Source: Deltaproteobacteria bacterium (lineage in GTDB: Bacteria > Desulfobacterota > Binatia > DP-6). From it: DNA of 64,000 nt. A program made the translations under genes and the position numbers. Positions 29,944-40,725 of this stretch are shown here, in pieces. The notes beneath the pieces are model-generated. The model had not been told where the DNA came from. It did not search any database and saw only the letters and a list, made by a program, of their open reading frames with translations. Where the stretch lies: NCBI GenBank assembly GCA_005879585.1, contig VBKG01000326.1, positions 1,205-65,204 of the forward strand, read 5' to 3'. Within the stretch, counting starts at the first letter, position 1; every line of letters starts with the position of its first letter.

Positions 29944-31621
29944 CGGCGAGCGTTCCCCGGGCGGCGCCGGCGTCCAGCCGCCTCGGCGGCAGGGCCGGCC
30001 ACGGCACCGAACCGCTGTGACTCACCTGCGTGATCCAGCGGCGCGCGGGCGGCACGTAGTCGGCGCGTGCCGGGTCGTCGTAGCGGTCGCGCCGCCCCCA
30101 CAGCTGCGCAATGGCGTCCTGGTAGAGGAGCGCCCATTCCGGATGGGCTTCCATGACCTCGACGGAATGGGTGAAGTGGCGCGCGACGACGACCAGGTCG
30201 GGATCGCCAAGGTGAAGCATCCGGGCGGCATCGAAGGGCGGCGAGTCCCCGGCGCGCCAGCGCGGGATCAGGTGGTCGCCGACGAGGAAGTCGAAGTACG
30301 CGTCGGCGACGTCCTGCGGGTAGCACGTGCGGAGGCGACCGTCGAAAGCAACCGGGGCGTCGTCGCCGAACGCGGCGATCGCGTATTGGGCCCAGTCGAA
30401 GTGCATGACGACCTTGCCGGTCAGGTGGCGCTTCGCCATGTAGCGGAACGCGTTCACCGGGTAGACGCTGCGGTCGACGAGCGGCGCGCGCGCGTGGAGC
30501 GCGACCAGGACGACGAGTCCGAGGTCGGCCACCCAGACAGCCGTGGCCGCCCAGCCCGATCCCGCGGCGCGGGTCCCTTGCCGCCGCCCGAGGATCGCAC
30601 GCATGCGATCGAGCAGCGGCTCCAGGTGCGCAGGCAGCCAGAAGCCGGCCGCGATCGCGAAGAACGGCAGGTGGCGGACGTGTGTGACCGACTGCCATGC
30701 GGTGGCGATGAGCAACGCTGTCCGCGCCCGGTCACGCCACTGCCGCGTCCCGAGCCACGCGGTCCCGGTCAGGGCGGAGATGGCGACGAACAGCGGAAAG
30801 ACGGTGTCGGAGGCCGAGAGCGCGCGCCACTCGAAGATCTCTGGTCGTGGTGGCACGAGGTCGCGGACGAGCCAGACGAGGAGCTCCAGGCCGTACGGAT
30901 TGACGAGCGTGGCGCCGGCGCAGGCGAGCGCAACGGCGCCGTACAGGGCGGCGGGCCGAAGTCCCGCGCGGCCGTCGGCGTGCAGGCGCTCGAGGCCCCG
31001 GCAGCCGAGGTAGACGCCGAGCACGCCGAGACCCGCGACGAAGCCGCCGTGGGTGTTGGCCCAGAGCGTGAACAGCGGCGGCAGGAGCCAGAGCAGGCGC
31101 GTCTCGGAGGGCTTCGTCCGTCCGTCGCCGAAGACCCGGTCGAGGACGAAGACCTGCACCGCGAAGAAGGCGTACGTGAACACCTGGGGCCGGAAGCTCC
31201 AGCCCGGCGCCGTGGCGAACGTCACCAGGAGCACGGCAACGGACGTCGTGGCGATGCCGGCGCCCTGGCGCCGCGCGCTCGCCATCATGAGCGCCAGAAG
31301 GCCGAGGGCGAGGAGGGTCTTCAGGACCGCGAGGCCGGTCCCGCCAGCGTGGTCCGCCACGAAGGCGAAGGCGATCTCGCTCAGGTTCTCGTGGTTGATC
31401 CAGGGCTGGGACGCCGCCGTGTAGGTGTACGTCGCGGTCGCCGGCAGGTGCCAGCTCGCGAGAACGTCCTGGCCGTAGCGAACGTGCCCCCAGAGGTCGG
31501 GGTCCGCGCGGTCGATGGTGGCGAAGACGAGGACGCCGGCGAGGAGCAGCGCGACGAGGAGCGCGCGGCGCAGGCGTTCCGCCGGCTCGCGGCCTAGTAG
31601 AGTGAGGGCAGGAAGCGCCAT
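29915..31621 (-). CDS. Large polytopic membrane protein, paralogue of 28153..29943; function unknown
   Basis: 568 aa, the same architecture with an N-terminal loop DRADPDLWGHVRYGQ and the segment TLWANTHGGF. Overlaps the DUF192-ICMT gene by 28 nt. Confidence 0.55.
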   Translation of the reverse strand: MALPALTLLGREPAERLRRALLVALLLAGVLVFATIDRADPDLWGHVRYGQDVLASWHLPATATYTYTAASQPWINHENLSEIAFAFVADHAGGTGLAVLKTLLALGLLALMMASARRQGAGIATTSVAVLLVTFATAPGWSFRPQVFTYAFFAVQVFVLDRVFGDGRTKPSETRLLWLLPPLFTLWANTHGGFVAGLGVLGVYLGCRGLERLHADGRAGLRPAALYGAVALACAGATLVNPYGLELLVWLVRDLVPPRPEIFEWRALSASDTVFPLFVAISALTGTAWLGTRQWRDRARTALLIATAWQSVTHVRHLPFFAIAAGFWLPAHLEPLLDRMRAILGRRQGTRAAGSGWAATAVWVADLGLVVLVALHARAPLVDRSVYPVNAFRYMAKRHLTGKVVMHFDWAQYAIAAFGDDAPVAFDGRLRTCYPQDVADAYFDFLVGDHLIPRWRAGDSPPFDAARMLHLGDPDLVVVARHFTHSVEVMEAHPEWALLYQDAIAQLWGRRDRYDDPARADYVPPARRWITQVSHSGSVPWPALPPRRLDAGAARGTLADVRAGTGSG

Positions 31622-32568
31622 CGGACGCGTCGCAGGTAAGCCCGATACGCCCGGTCACGGGCGAGGAAGCGTTCCTCCACGTGCGCCCGCCAGTTGAGGG
31701 CGACGGCGGTGCCGACGGTGATCGCGCAGTTCCAGAGACTCGGATACACGCCGAGGTAGCCGAGGTAGCCGAGGAGGTAGCCCGCGTACAGCGGATGGCG
31801 GACGACCCGATACGCGCCGCTCGTCTTGATGCCGCGGTCGGCCGCGATCAACCCGAAGCTCCGTCCGAGCGACACGACGCCGGCGAGCGTGATCAGCAGG
31901 CCGACCGCCTGCAGCGGCTCGGCGAGCCGCGCGAGCGGTCCAGATCCCTCATCGGGGCGAAGCAGCAGCGGCAGGAACGCGCCGAGCACGCCGATCGTCC
32001 AGTCCGCCGGTCGCGACGACGTGCCGACGCTCCGACGGCGCGTGAGCGCGAGGCACACGAGGACGGCTTCGAGGGCGACGATCGGCATCGCCGTCCGCCA
32101 CTGCCCGGTGCGCCGCGCGAAGGTGAAATGCGCCGACGCGAAGAACACGTACAGGCAGGCGAGCGCCAGGTTCGAAATGGCGGTCGCGAGCGTGCCGGCG
32201 TGCCCGCGCGACCGCTCGAGCTCGCCGTCGATCTCCATCCGGGCGCCTTCCTTGAGGCCGGTCTCGGCGAGCGTCCCGGCCGGCAGCTCGAGGACGCTCG
32301 TCGCGCCCGCCACCCGCGGCGAGACCTTTCCGGGCCGCAGCGCACTGATCGTGCGCAGGATCTGCAGCTCGTCGTCGAGGAAGGCGACGTCGATCGGGTA
32401 CCGCATGCCGATCATGTGGACCTGGCGGGACCGCTTGAGCCACAGCCCTTCGCCGGAGGGCAGCTCCTTCGTGCCGAGGAGCCCGAAGAGCCGGCTCCAG
32501 TGCGTGTCGGCGCAGCGCAGGCGGTTGACCACCACCACGCCGCTCGTGGCGTCGCGTGCCTGCTGCAT
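31594..32568 (-). CDS. DUF192 (COG1430) domain fused to an isoprenylcysteine carboxyl methyltransferase-family (ICMT/PEMT) membrane methyltransferase
   Basis: N-terminus VVVVNRLRCADTHWSRLFGLLG...GMRYPIDVAFLD is the DUF192 signature. The C-terminal TM domain carries RVVRHPLYAGYLLGYLG and EERFL (ICMT family). The gene starts 10 nt after tadC. Confidence 0.6.
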   Translation of the reverse strand: MQQARDATSGVVVVNRLRCADTHWSRLFGLLGTKELPSGEGLWLKRSRQVHMIGMRYPIDVAFLDDELQILRTISALRPGKVSPRVAGATSVLELPAGTLAETGLKEGARMEIDGELERSRGHAGTLATAISNLALACLYVFFASAHFTFARRTGQWRTAMPIVALEAVLVCLALTRRRSVGTSSRPADWTIGVLGAFLPLLLRPDEGSGPLARLAEPLQAVGLLITLAGVVSLGRSFGLIAADRGIKTSGAYRVVRHPLYAGYLLGYLGYLGVYPSLWNCAITVGTAVALNWRAHVEERFLARDRAYRAYLRRVRWRFLPSLY

Positions 32569-32578
32569 CGGTCCGCGC

Positions 32579-33499
32579 TCAGCCCCCCATGCCCTTGAAG
32601 AGCTCCATGATCTGGAGGACGGCGGGCCCGACGGTGACCGTGAAGAGCGGCGGCAGGATGAACAGCGCGAGCGGGATCAGCAGCTTGATCGGCAGCTTCC
32701 GGGCCGCCTCCTCGGCACGCTGGCGCCGCTTGGTGCGGAGGAGGTCCGAGTGCGAGCGCAGCGTCGTCCCCATGCTCGCGCCGAGGCGGTCGCACTGGAT
32801 GATCATGCCGGTCAGCGTCTTCAGGTCGCCGACGCCGTTCCGCTCGCCGAGTCCGCGGAGCGCCTGCTCGCGCGTCCGCCCGCTACGCAGCTCGAGCGAT
32901 ACCGTCGCGAACTCCTGGCCGAGCGGGTCCTTCATCGTCGAGCGTTCCTTGCCGACGCGCGCGATCGCGGCGTTCAGACCGAGGCCCGCCTCGAGGCAGA
33001 CGACCATGAGATCGAGCGTGTCGGGAAGGACGACGGTGATCTCGCGGCTCCGTCGGTTGCCCATCGACCGGAGACGCATGTTCACGATCATGTGGCCGAC
33101 GAACCAGATGGCCGCCGCCGTTCCGAGCGAGGGGCCGAGGGGCTTGCCCGCCAAGACGCGGGGCACGAGGACCGCGAGCGCCGGACCGAAGCTCAAGAGC
33201 GTGCGGATGCCGAGGAAGTGAAGCGTCGCGTTCGGGCCGCGCACGCCCGCCGTCGACAGTTTGCGCGAGAGCCCGCTGTCGCCGCCGCCCACGCCGTAGT
33301 TGCCGAGCGCCGCGAGCGCCGTCTTGATCAGGCTGCCTTCGTGCGCTTTCCGCGCCTCGGCGGCCTCGGGCGCGCCGTCGGGCAGCATCTTCTTCAACCG
33401 TTGCTCGACCGGCGACTTCGCCGTCCCCATGAAGAGGACGGCGGCCATGACACCGGTGACGGTGACGAAGGCGAGGATGGTGATCAGCATCGGCGACAT
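32579..33499 (-). CDS. tadC: Tad/Flp pilus assembly inner-membrane protein TadC (T2SS F-family)
   Basis: T2SSF-domain membrane protein, 306 aa, in a Tad gene context. Confidence 0.85.
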   Translation of the reverse strand: MSPMLITILAFVTVTGVMAAVLFMGTAKSPVEQRLKKMLPDGAPEAAEARKAHEGSLIKTALAALGNYGVGGGDSGLSRKLSTAGVRGPNATLHFLGIRTLLSFGPALAVLVPRVLAGKPLGPSLGTAAAIWFVGHMIVNMRLRSMGNRRSREITVVLPDTLDLMVVCLEAGLGLNAAIARVGKERSTMKDPLGQEFATVSLELRSGRTREQALRGLGERNGVGDLKTLTGMIIQCDRLGASMGTTLRSHSDLLRTKRRQRAEEAARKLPIKLLIPLALFILPPLFTVTVGPAVLQIMELFKGMGG

Positions 33500-33509
33500 G
33501 GCGGCTCCC

Positions 33510-34490
33510 TCAGACGCGGATGTTCGTGACGCGGGAGATGACCACGTGTCCGATGACGATGCTCACCACGGCGTAGCCGAGCATGTAGAGCCCGGTCGTC
33601 GTGTGGAGCATCGGCGAGAAATAGACCGGGTTCATGACAAACACGCCGATCGCGACGCAGAACGGCAGCGCGCTCAGCAGATTCCCCGACATCTTTCCCT
33701 GTGCCGTCATGACCTTCGTCTCGCGCAGCAGCTTGAAACGCTCGCGGATCGTGTGCGAGATGTTGTTCAGTACCTCGGCGAGGTTGCCGCCGATCTCCTG
33801 CGTAACCAGGATGCCGATGATCAGGATCGGCAGGTTCGAGTCGTCGACGCGGTCGGTCAGGTTGTAGAGCGCGTCCCGCATGGGAAGGCCGAGCCGCATC
33901 TCCTCGGCCACTTCGCGGAACTCCGGGGCAATCGGGTCCGGGAACTCGTCGGCCACGACGTAGAGCGCGCTCGAGAGCGAGTGACCGGCCTGGAGTGCAG
34001 CGCGGATGAGGTCGAGCGCGTCGGGCAGCTGCTCCGTGAAGAGGTGGTTCCGCTTTCGCTGCATGCGGCGCACGATCATCAGCGGGATGGCGCCCGCGAC
34101 CACGCCCGCGCCGAGCCCGGCCATCGGGGGGCCGCCGAAGGTGACGACGCCGACGTAGCCGCCGACGCCGAGGAGCGGCACGTAGAGCAGGATCTCGCCG
34201 ACGCGCTTCTTGAGGCCCGCCTGGCGCATCATGCGCACCAGCGGGTTCAGGCGCGTCATGCCCCGCAGGAGCGAGTTCAGGAAGGCGATGCCCGACAACC
34301 GGCGGTCCTTCAGGACCGAGGACTGCGAGCCGTCCCCCGGCACATCGGCCACCGCGGCGCCGGTCATGACCGCGAGGCGGCGGTCGAGGGTGCGCTTCGT
34401 GTCCTCCCGTCCCTTGGCCCACCCCGAGATGCCGTAGCCGGCGAGGGCCAGCGAGGCGAAGACGAGCAGCGCTGCAAACGCGAGCATCAT
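33510..34490 (-). CDS. tadB: Tad/Flp pilus assembly inner-membrane protein TadB (T2SS F-family)
   Basis: T2SSF-domain membrane protein, 326 aa. Confidence 0.85.
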   Translation of the reverse strand: MMLAFAALLVFASLALAGYGISGWAKGREDTKRTLDRRLAVMTGAAVADVPGDGSQSSVLKDRRLSGIAFLNSLLRGMTRLNPLVRMMRQAGLKKRVGEILLYVPLLGVGGYVGVVTFGGPPMAGLGAGVVAGAIPLMIVRRMQRKRNHLFTEQLPDALDLIRAALQAGHSLSSALYVVADEFPDPIAPEFREVAEEMRLGLPMRDALYNLTDRVDDSNLPILIIGILVTQEIGGNLAEVLNNISHTIRERFKLLRETKVMTAQGKMSGNLLSALPFCVAIGVFVMNPVYFSPMLHTTTGLYMLGYAVVSIVIGHVVISRVTNIRV

Positions 34491-34503
34491 CGGAACGTCT
34501 CGT

Positions 34504-35880
34504 TCAGTTGAGGTATTCGAAGAGCTTCGGGTCGATCTCGTGGCTCGAGGCCTTCAGGCGCTCCGTGAACTTCGGCCGCAGACCCGTCGAGCAGAACCGA
34601 CCCACGGTGCGGCCGTCCTTGTCGACGCCGTCGCGGACGTAGGTGAACAGGTCCTGCAGCATGATCGTGTCGCCCTCCATCCCCACCACCTCGGTGATGC
34701 CCATGATCTTGCGGGTGCCGTCGCTCAGTCGCGCGGTCTGCACGACGAGGTCGAGGGCGGAGCTGATCTGCTGGCGCATGGCGCGGCTCGGCAGCTCGAA
34801 GCCGCACATCTGCATCATCATCTCGAGGCGGTTGATCGAGTCGCGCGCCGAGTTGGCGTGGAGGGTCGAGATCGACCCGTCGTGACCCGTGTTCATCGCC
34901 TGCAGCATGTCGAGCGCCTCGGCGCCGCGCACCTCGCCGACGACGATGCGATCGGGCCGCATACGAAGGCAGTTCCGCACGAGGTCCCGAGCCGTCACCT
35001 CGCCGCGACCCTCGATGTTGGGTGGCCGCGTCTCGAGGCGCACCACGTGCGGCTGCTGGAGCTGGAGCTCCGCGGAGTCCTCGATCGTGACGATCCGCTC
35101 GCCGTCGGGGATGAAGGACGAGAGCGCGTTCAGGAGCGTCGTCTTCCCCGAGCCGGTACCACCGGAGACGAGGATGTTGAGGCGCGCGCGCACCATGGCC
35201 TGGAGCACCATCACCATCTCGGGCGTGATGGCCCCGACGCGGCAGAGGTCGTCCATCATGAGGGGCGAGCGGCCGAAGCGCCGAATCGACATGATCGGAC
35301 CGTCGAGTGCGAGCGGCGGGATGATCGCGTTGACGCGCGAGCCGTCGGGCAGGCGGGCGTCGACCATCGGCGAGCTCTCGTCGATCCGCCGGCCCACCTT
35401 CGACACGATGCGGTCGATGATCTGGAGCAGGTGCGCGTCGTTGCGGAACATCACCGTGGTCGGCTCGAGCTTGCCGTGCCGCTCGACGTAGACCTGGCGC
35501 GAGGTGTTGACGAGGATGTCCGAGATATCCGGGTCGCGAAGCAACGGCTCGATGGGTCCGAGGCCGTAGACCTCGTGCAGGATCTCGTCGCGCAGGTTCT
35601 CGCGGTCGCGGTGGCTGAGCGGGACCGCAAGCTCGCCAAGGAGCTCCGTGATCGCGGCCCGCAGCTCGCCCTCCGCCTGATTCAGGTCCATCTTGGCGAG
35701 GTTGGCGAGGTCCACCCGGTCGAGCAGGAGACGGTGGATGCGGAGCTTCAGGTCCTGGTACGCGCGATCGGGCGAGTTGGCCCAGGGCGGCGCGCCGGGC
35801 CGTGCCGGCGCCGCGGGCTCGGCGTCGGCAACGGGAGCGAGCGGCTTCTGGTTGAGTCCGATCCGATCTTTCAGCTTCAC
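34504..35880 (-). CDS. cpaF: Tad pilus assembly ATPase CpaF/TadA
   Basis: T2SS-E-type ATPase: Walker [10 protein letters not shown], Asp box and His box. Confidence 0.9.
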   Translation of the reverse strand: MKLKDRIGLNQKPLAPVADAEPAAPARPGAPPWANSPDRAYQDLKLRIHRLLLDRVDLANLAKMDLNQAEGELRAAITELLGELAVPLSHRDRENLRDEILHEVYGLGPIEPLLRDPDISDILVNTSRQVYVERHGKLEPTTVMFRNDAHLLQIIDRIVSKVGRRIDESSPMVDARLPDGSRVNAIIPPLALDGPIMSIRRFGRSPLMMDDLCRVGAITPEMVMVLQAMVRARLNILVSGGTGSGKTTLLNALSSFIPDGERIVTIEDSAELQLQQPHVVRLETRPPNIEGRGEVTARDLVRNCLRMRPDRIVVGEVRGAEALDMLQAMNTGHDGSISTLHANSARDSINRLEMMMQMCGFELPSRAMRQQISSALDLVVQTARLSDGTRKIMGITEVVGMEGDTIMLQDLFTYVRDGVDKDGRTVGRFCSTGLRPKFTERLKASSHEIDPKLFEYLN

Positions 35881-37088
35881 GGCCGCGTCTCCCTCGTGAA
35901 CATGCGCTGGAGCAGATGCCCACGCTTGGCCTTCGTCGTCGCGCCACGTCCTGCGAGCTTGTCGGCGAGCTCGCCGATGGCGGTCGCGAGCCCCGCCTCG
36001 CGGGGCGCCGCGAGCGGCGAGCCGGCGTTCATGGCGCCGCCGGCGGCCTGCTCGTCGCGCGGGAGAACGTGGAAGACCTCCTTGCCGATCGCGCGCGCCG
36101 CGTCCGCGAGCGACACGGGGCCCGGGATGGCGTGGGTGACGATCAGGTCGACGCGCTCGCGCGGAATGCTCAGACGATCGAGCAGCTCGACGATGCGCCG
36201 GGCCGCGCGGACGCCGGGCACCGAGAGGTCGGTCAGCGCGAGGATCCGGTCGCTCTGCTCGAACGCCGCGAGCGAGGGACCGCTGATCGTGCGGGCCGTG
36301 TCGACGACGATGAACCGGAACTGCACGCGGAGGAGCCGCAGCGCCACCTCGACTTCGTTGTGACCGATGGCGTCCGCCTCCTCGATCTCCGAGGGCGCCG
36401 GGAGCAAGAACAGCCCGGACGGATGTCGCGTGAGCGTCCCGGCGAGGAAGATCTCGTCGACCGGTCCCGTGGCATTGGCGAGCGCGGCGAGCGAGTTCAC
36501 CGGGGTCAGGTTGAGGAAGGCCGCCACGTCGCCCCGCTGGAGGTCCAGGTCCACGAGCGCGGTCTCGGCTTCGAGCGTGCCGTGGAAGCGGGCGGCGAGG
36601 TTCACCGCGAGCGTCGTCGCGCCGAGCCCGCCGCGAACACCGACGACGGTGAGCACCGTGCCCGCCGCCTGGGCGGCTCCCGCCTTGGTGCGCACCTGCG
36701 AGAACTTGATGAGCGCCTTGTGCAGCTCCTGGCTGCCGAGCGGCAGCGAGAGCACGTCGGTCGCGCCGGCCTCGAGGAGTGTCCGCAGCAGCGAGACGCC
36801 CGGGTCGTCCGAGGCGGCGAAGATCGTGAGCGCCGGCAGGCGCTCGTGGAGACGTTTGATGAGCGCGGCGGCCGCCTCGGCGTCGGCGCCGACCTCGACG
36901 CCGACCAGCTCACAGCGACGCGTCCGGATGAGCTCCGGCAGCTCGGCGTAGCCGCAGCAGTGCACCGCGAGCTTGAACTCGCGCACCGCGGCCCGGAGGG
37001 GCTCGATGCTCCCCGCACCGCCCTCGCCGTCGGGCCGCGCCCAGAGGAGAGTCCCCTCCTCGGGCGTAGTGTTGCCGTTTGTCGTCAC
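35877..37088 (-). CDS. cpaE: Pilus assembly protein CpaE/TadZ (N-terminal receiver-like domain plus ParA/MinD-type ATPase)
   Basis: Deviant Walker [11 protein letters not shown] and an AAA_31/ParA-like fold. Confidence 0.8.
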   Translation of the reverse strand: MTTNGNTTPEEGTLLWARPDGEGGAGSIEPLRAAVREFKLAVHCCGYAELPELIRTRRCELVGVEVGADAEAAAALIKRLHERLPALTIFAASDDPGVSLLRTLLEAGATDVLSLPLGSQELHKALIKFSQVRTKAGAAQAAGTVLTVVGVRGGLGATTLAVNLAARFHGTLEAETALVDLDLQRGDVAAFLNLTPVNSLAALANATGPVDEIFLAGTLTRHPSGLFLLPAPSEIEEADAIGHNEVEVALRLLRVQFRFIVVDTARTISGPSLAAFEQSDRILALTDLSVPGVRAARRIVELLDRLSIPRERVDLIVTHAIPGPVSLADAARAIGKEVFHVLPRDEQAAGGAMNAGSPLAAPREAGLATAIGELADKLAGRGATTKAKRGHLLQRMFTRETRP

Positions 37089-37130
37089 GTCACCTTTCGT
37101 AGTGCGCTGCCGTCGTTCGTCAGCGTTCCC

Positions 37131-38492
37131 TCAGGGCAGCCCCGGCACCCGTGGCCGGGTGACCTCGGCGGGGTCGCGCTTGGTCTTCATCTCGCTGCTG
37201 GTGAGTGGACCGCGGTCGGTCGGCAGCGCCACCTCCGTGCCCGGCGGCAGCGCCTGCACGAGATGCGGCGTGATGATGACCATCAGCTCAGTCACCTGTC
37301 GCTCGTAGTGCGTTTGCCGGAAGATGTACCCGACAATTGGAAGGTTCTGCAGGTACGGCACGCCGCTCACGCTCTCGGTCCGGTTGGTCTGGAGGAGTCC
37401 GCCGATGACGAGCGTCTCACCGTTGCGGAGCCGGGTGCTCGTCGACGCGCGACGGGTGCGGAAGCTCGGGATGCCCTCGACGGGGCTGTTGAAGTCCGGC
37501 TGGCTCACCTCGGGCGTCACCGTGAGCATGATATCGCCCTCGTCCGAGACCTGCGGGATGAAGTTGATGAGCGTCCCGAAGGGCTTGAACTGGATGTCGG
37601 CTGAGAAGCCGGTGGCGACGCGGATCGGAATCTCTCCGCCGACCTGGAACACCGCGTTCTGGCCGCTCATCGCGAGCAGCTTCGGCTGCGCGAGGATCGT
37701 GGCAAGGCCCTCGGTCTGGAGGGCCTGGACAAACGCGGTGATGTCGGTCTTCGGCAAGTTGAAGGCGTACACCGGCGCGGCGTCCGACGTGCGGATCGGC
37801 AGCAGCGGCTCGTTCTGCCCGGGCGGCACCTGCCCGCCGGACAGCGGTCCGACGCCGCCGCCCATGAAGTAGGCGGAGACGAACGCGTTGGCCATGTTCC
37901 GGAAGTTGAGGCCGTGGTCCTCCATGGCCGTCCGGTTCAGCTCGGCGACGGTGACCTCGAGCATCACCTGGCGGTCGATGAAGTCGGCGACGAAGAGCGT
38001 ATGGATGTCGGGCGCCTCGCCCGGGCCGTCCCAGACGACGAGCGTCGTCTCGCTCATGTGCGGCTCGGGCGTCAGCGTTCGGCCCGTGACCACGCCCGCG
38101 GAGCGCGGGGCCGATTCGGCTCCGCCCTTGTTCGGTAGCTCCTTCGCGTTGACCATGATCGTGCGCGGCCCGAGGACCACGATGCCGGCGAGATCGGGGT
38201 TGCCGATCGACACGCGGCGCACCGTGCCGCGGAACTGGAGGATGCGGGTCTTGCCGCTGCGCAGCCAGATCGGCGCACCGGGCTCGAGCGGCGCGCTCTC
38301 CTTCGCCTCGGTCTCGGCCGGCATCAGCTCCTTCTCGATCCCGTCCGTGACGGCGCGCTCCGAGCGCGCCCGCGCGAGCGACTCCTCGAAGTGCTCCCGG
38401 CCCGCGCGATGGCTCCGTGCGCTGCACGAGGACAGCGCGACGGCCGCGACCACGAAGGTCGCGAGCGCGCGTGCGGAATCTCGCTTACTCAT
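37131..38492 (-). CDS. cpaC: Tad pilus secretin CpaC/RcpA
   Basis: Signal peptide with lipobox-like LSSC, BON/N-domain and C-terminal secretin domain (LVIGGL...VPYLQNLPIVGYIF). Confidence 0.85.
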   Translation of the reverse strand: MSKRDSARALATFVVAAVALSSCSARSHRAGREHFEESLARARSERAVTDGIEKELMPAETEAKESAPLEPGAPIWLRSGKTRILQFRGTVRRVSIGNPDLAGIVVLGPRTIMVNAKELPNKGGAESAPRSAGVVTGRTLTPEPHMSETTLVVWDGPGEAPDIHTLFVADFIDRQVMLEVTVAELNRTAMEDHGLNFRNMANAFVSAYFMGGGVGPLSGGQVPPGQNEPLLPIRTSDAAPVYAFNLPKTDITAFVQALQTEGLATILAQPKLLAMSGQNAVFQVGGEIPIRVATGFSADIQFKPFGTLINFIPQVSDEGDIMLTVTPEVSQPDFNSPVEGIPSFRTRRASTSTRLRNGETLVIGGLLQTNRTESVSGVPYLQNLPIVGYIFRQTHYERQVTELMVIITPHLVQALPPGTEVALPTDRGPLTSSEMKTKRDPAEVTRPRVPGLP

Positions 38493-39367
38493 GCCCCTCC
38501 CCCTTCTACCCGAGCCCAGCCATGCTTCTTGTCGTCGAACATCGGCTGTAACACCAGCTTCTCACCCAGGAAGACCTCGACGGTGGGACCGGTCGGGACG
38601 CAGCTGCCCGACGTGTCCTGGTTGCTCGCGAGCGCGACCGGCCCCGCCGGCGGCTCGTCGTGGAACATGGCCGCCGCGGAGGTGCCGGTCGTCTGGACGA
38701 GCTCCTCGTCGCGGTAGTTCCGCAGCGCGAGGCGCACGGAGTCGTAGCGCGTGGCGAGGGTCAGCGTCTCCGCCTGCTCGGGGGTGACCAGCAGCGTCAC
38801 CGTCGGCACCTCGACCGGCTTCTCGTCCTTCTGCTCGATGATCGTGCCCGTCGCGAGCACCCTGATGTTCTGCATGATCACCCGGCTCCGCATGTCGTTC
38901 TTCTCACCCCGCGTCGCGGCGACGATGACGTCGACGTGGCTGTTCGGGGTGATGAAGCCGCTCACGCCGGTGACGCTGTCCACCTTCACCGACATCGCGC
39001 GCATGCCCTCGTCGATCATCAGCGGCAGGAGCCCGGCGCCCTGGGCGATGAGCTCCGTCTTGGCGACAGGCTGGTTCTTCCCGATCGTCGTCCGCGCGAT
39101 GCCGCCGACGACCTCCTGCGGATCGTGAACCGCGCCCTCCGGCAGCGCGTCCGCCGGCCAGGTCACCACCTTCAGGCTGTCGGGGCTGACGCGCGTGCCG
39201 ATCGAGATCGTGTCGCGCGCAACCACCACGTCGGTCACCGGGTGCTGCCCCGCAGCGCGGGCCGCCTCCACCTCCATGTTCATCGTCTTCAGGTGGCGGT
39301 AGATCATCGCGGCGCTGAGCGCGCCGACGATGATGGCGAGCAGAAAGATGTTGGCTGGTTTGCGCAT
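38489..39367 (-). CDS. cpaB: Flp pilus assembly protein CpaB/RcpC (SAF domain)
   Basis: N-terminal TM followed by SAF and RcpC domains. Confidence 0.8.
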   Translation of the reverse strand: MRKPANIFLLAIIVGALSAAMIYRHLKTMNMEVEAARAAGQHPVTDVVVARDTISIGTRVSPDSLKVVTWPADALPEGAVHDPQEVVGGIARTTIGKNQPVAKTELIAQGAGLLPLMIDEGMRAMSVKVDSVTGVSGFITPNSHVDVIVAATRGEKNDMRSRVIMQNIRVLATGTIIEQKDEKPVEVPTVTLLVTPEQAETLTLATRYDSVRLALRNYRDEELVQTTGTSAAAMFHDEPPAGPVALASNQDTSGSCVPTGPTVEVFLGEKLVLQPMFDDKKHGWARVEGGGA

Positions 39368-39394
39368 CCGTGCAGACCCTTTCCTGAGGCCGGT

Positions 39395-39895
39395 CTACGG
39401 CCGGCCCTCGTCGCGGAAGGTGATCTGGCGCCCGACGTTGAACGACGTGCCGATGCCGGGGACCAGGTTGAAGATGTAGCGGACCGCGCCCGTCGTCGTG
39501 ACGGTCACCGTGTTGATGCCGCCCACCGACGGGCAGCTCGCATCGAGCGTCGACTGGCAGACCGCGACGTTGGACGACGCGAAGAGATTCGGAGCGACCG
39601 AGTTGACCTCGTTCGCCACCTGCGTCTGGATCGCCGACTTGGACGTGCTGTTGATGGCGCCGGTGGTGGGGTCGCGGTTCGCGGACGACACCACGGCCGC
39701 GGCGCGCGCGCCGTCGCGGGTCGCGGCGGTCACCATGTTCGCGATCATGAAGGCGCGTCCGAACTCGATGATCCCCATCGCGAGCGTCACGAGGAGCACG
39801 ATGGTGATGCCGAGCTCCACGAGCGACTGCCCGCGCTGGGCCACGTGGCCACTGGCGCGGGTCGGCATCGGGCGATGGTGGGCGTCGGGTCGCAT
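39395..39895 (-). CDS. tadE: TadE/TadG-family pilus assembly (pseudopilin-like) protein
   Basis: TadE-like N-terminus QRGQSLVELGITIVLLVTLAMGIIEFGRA. Confidence 0.7.
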   Translation of the reverse strand: MRPDAHHRPMPTRASGHVAQRGQSLVELGITIVLLVTLAMGIIEFGRAFMIANMVTAATRDGARAAAVVSSANRDPTTGAINSTSKSAIQTQVANEVNSVAPNLFASSNVAVCQSTLDASCPSVGGINTVTVTTTGAVRYIFNLVPGIGTSFNVGRQITFRDEGRP

Positions 39896-39908
39896 GGCCG
39901 GTGCGCGA

Positions 39909-40463
39909 CTATGGCGTCCCCAGGACGAGCGCCGTCACGGCTCCGAGGCCGAGCGGCACGCTGTACGGAAGGCTCACCGCTCCCGGGGCGTCGGCGGAGA
40001 GCTTCAAGGGTTCGACCGAGCCCGACACCGCGACGCCGCCGATCATGACGGCGATGGCGGCGAGCTTCTCGCGAAGCCGGCCCTGGCGGGCGAGGTGGAC
40101 GGTCATGACGAGCCCGCCGAGGACGAGCCCGGTGGCGAGGCCCAGCAGGGTCCGGTGCGGCCCCAGGAGGGCGCCGACCGCGCCCATCATCTTGACGTCG
40201 CCGCCGCCGATGCCGCCCGCCGCGAACGGCGGCAGCAGGATCGCCGCGCCGAGCGTGAGACCGCCGAGGCTCGCGAGCAGACCGGCGCGGCCGCCGTAGA
40301 GAACGTTGAAGGCAGCACCGGCGAGCATCGCCGGTCCTGTGATCGCGTTCGGGATGCGGCGCGTCCTCAGGTCCGAGGCCATGCAGAGCGCCACGAACCC
40401 GAGCACCGTCGCAAAGAGCGGCGCCGGCACGGACATCACGGAAAATGGCAGATCAGAACGCAC
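39909..40463 (-). CDS. cpaA: Prepilin peptidase CpaA (A24 family)
   Basis: Polytopic membrane protein with the DLRTRRIPN catalytic Asp motif and a second GGGDVKM site. Confidence 0.8.
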   Translation of the reverse strand: MRSDLPFSVMSVPAPLFATVLGFVALCMASDLRTRRIPNAITGPAMLAGAAFNVLYGGRAGLLASLGGLTLGAAILLPPFAAGGIGGGDVKMMGAVGALLGPHRTLLGLATGLVLGGLVMTVHLARQGRLREKLAAIAVMIGGVAVSGSVEPLKLSADAPGAVSLPYSVPLGLGAVTALVLGTP

Positions 40464-40725
40464 GTCAGAGCCTCAGCCCGGCGCCGTACCCGTCTGCCTG
40501 CGTGGCCTCGAGGCTCACGCGTTGGTCGATCGAAGTTTTCATGTCGGTTACGCGGTGACGTGGCGCGGGATGACGGCAAGCGGACGGGACTCGCCGTCCC
40601 GTTCACTTCCTTCGAGCTTCTCGATCTCCGTCATCATCAGTCCAACATCCCTTCACTCAACTCGGCGGGGGGGCCAACCGCACGCCCCCCTCGCCGTTCT
40701 GAGTTTGCGAGGACTACGCTGCTGC

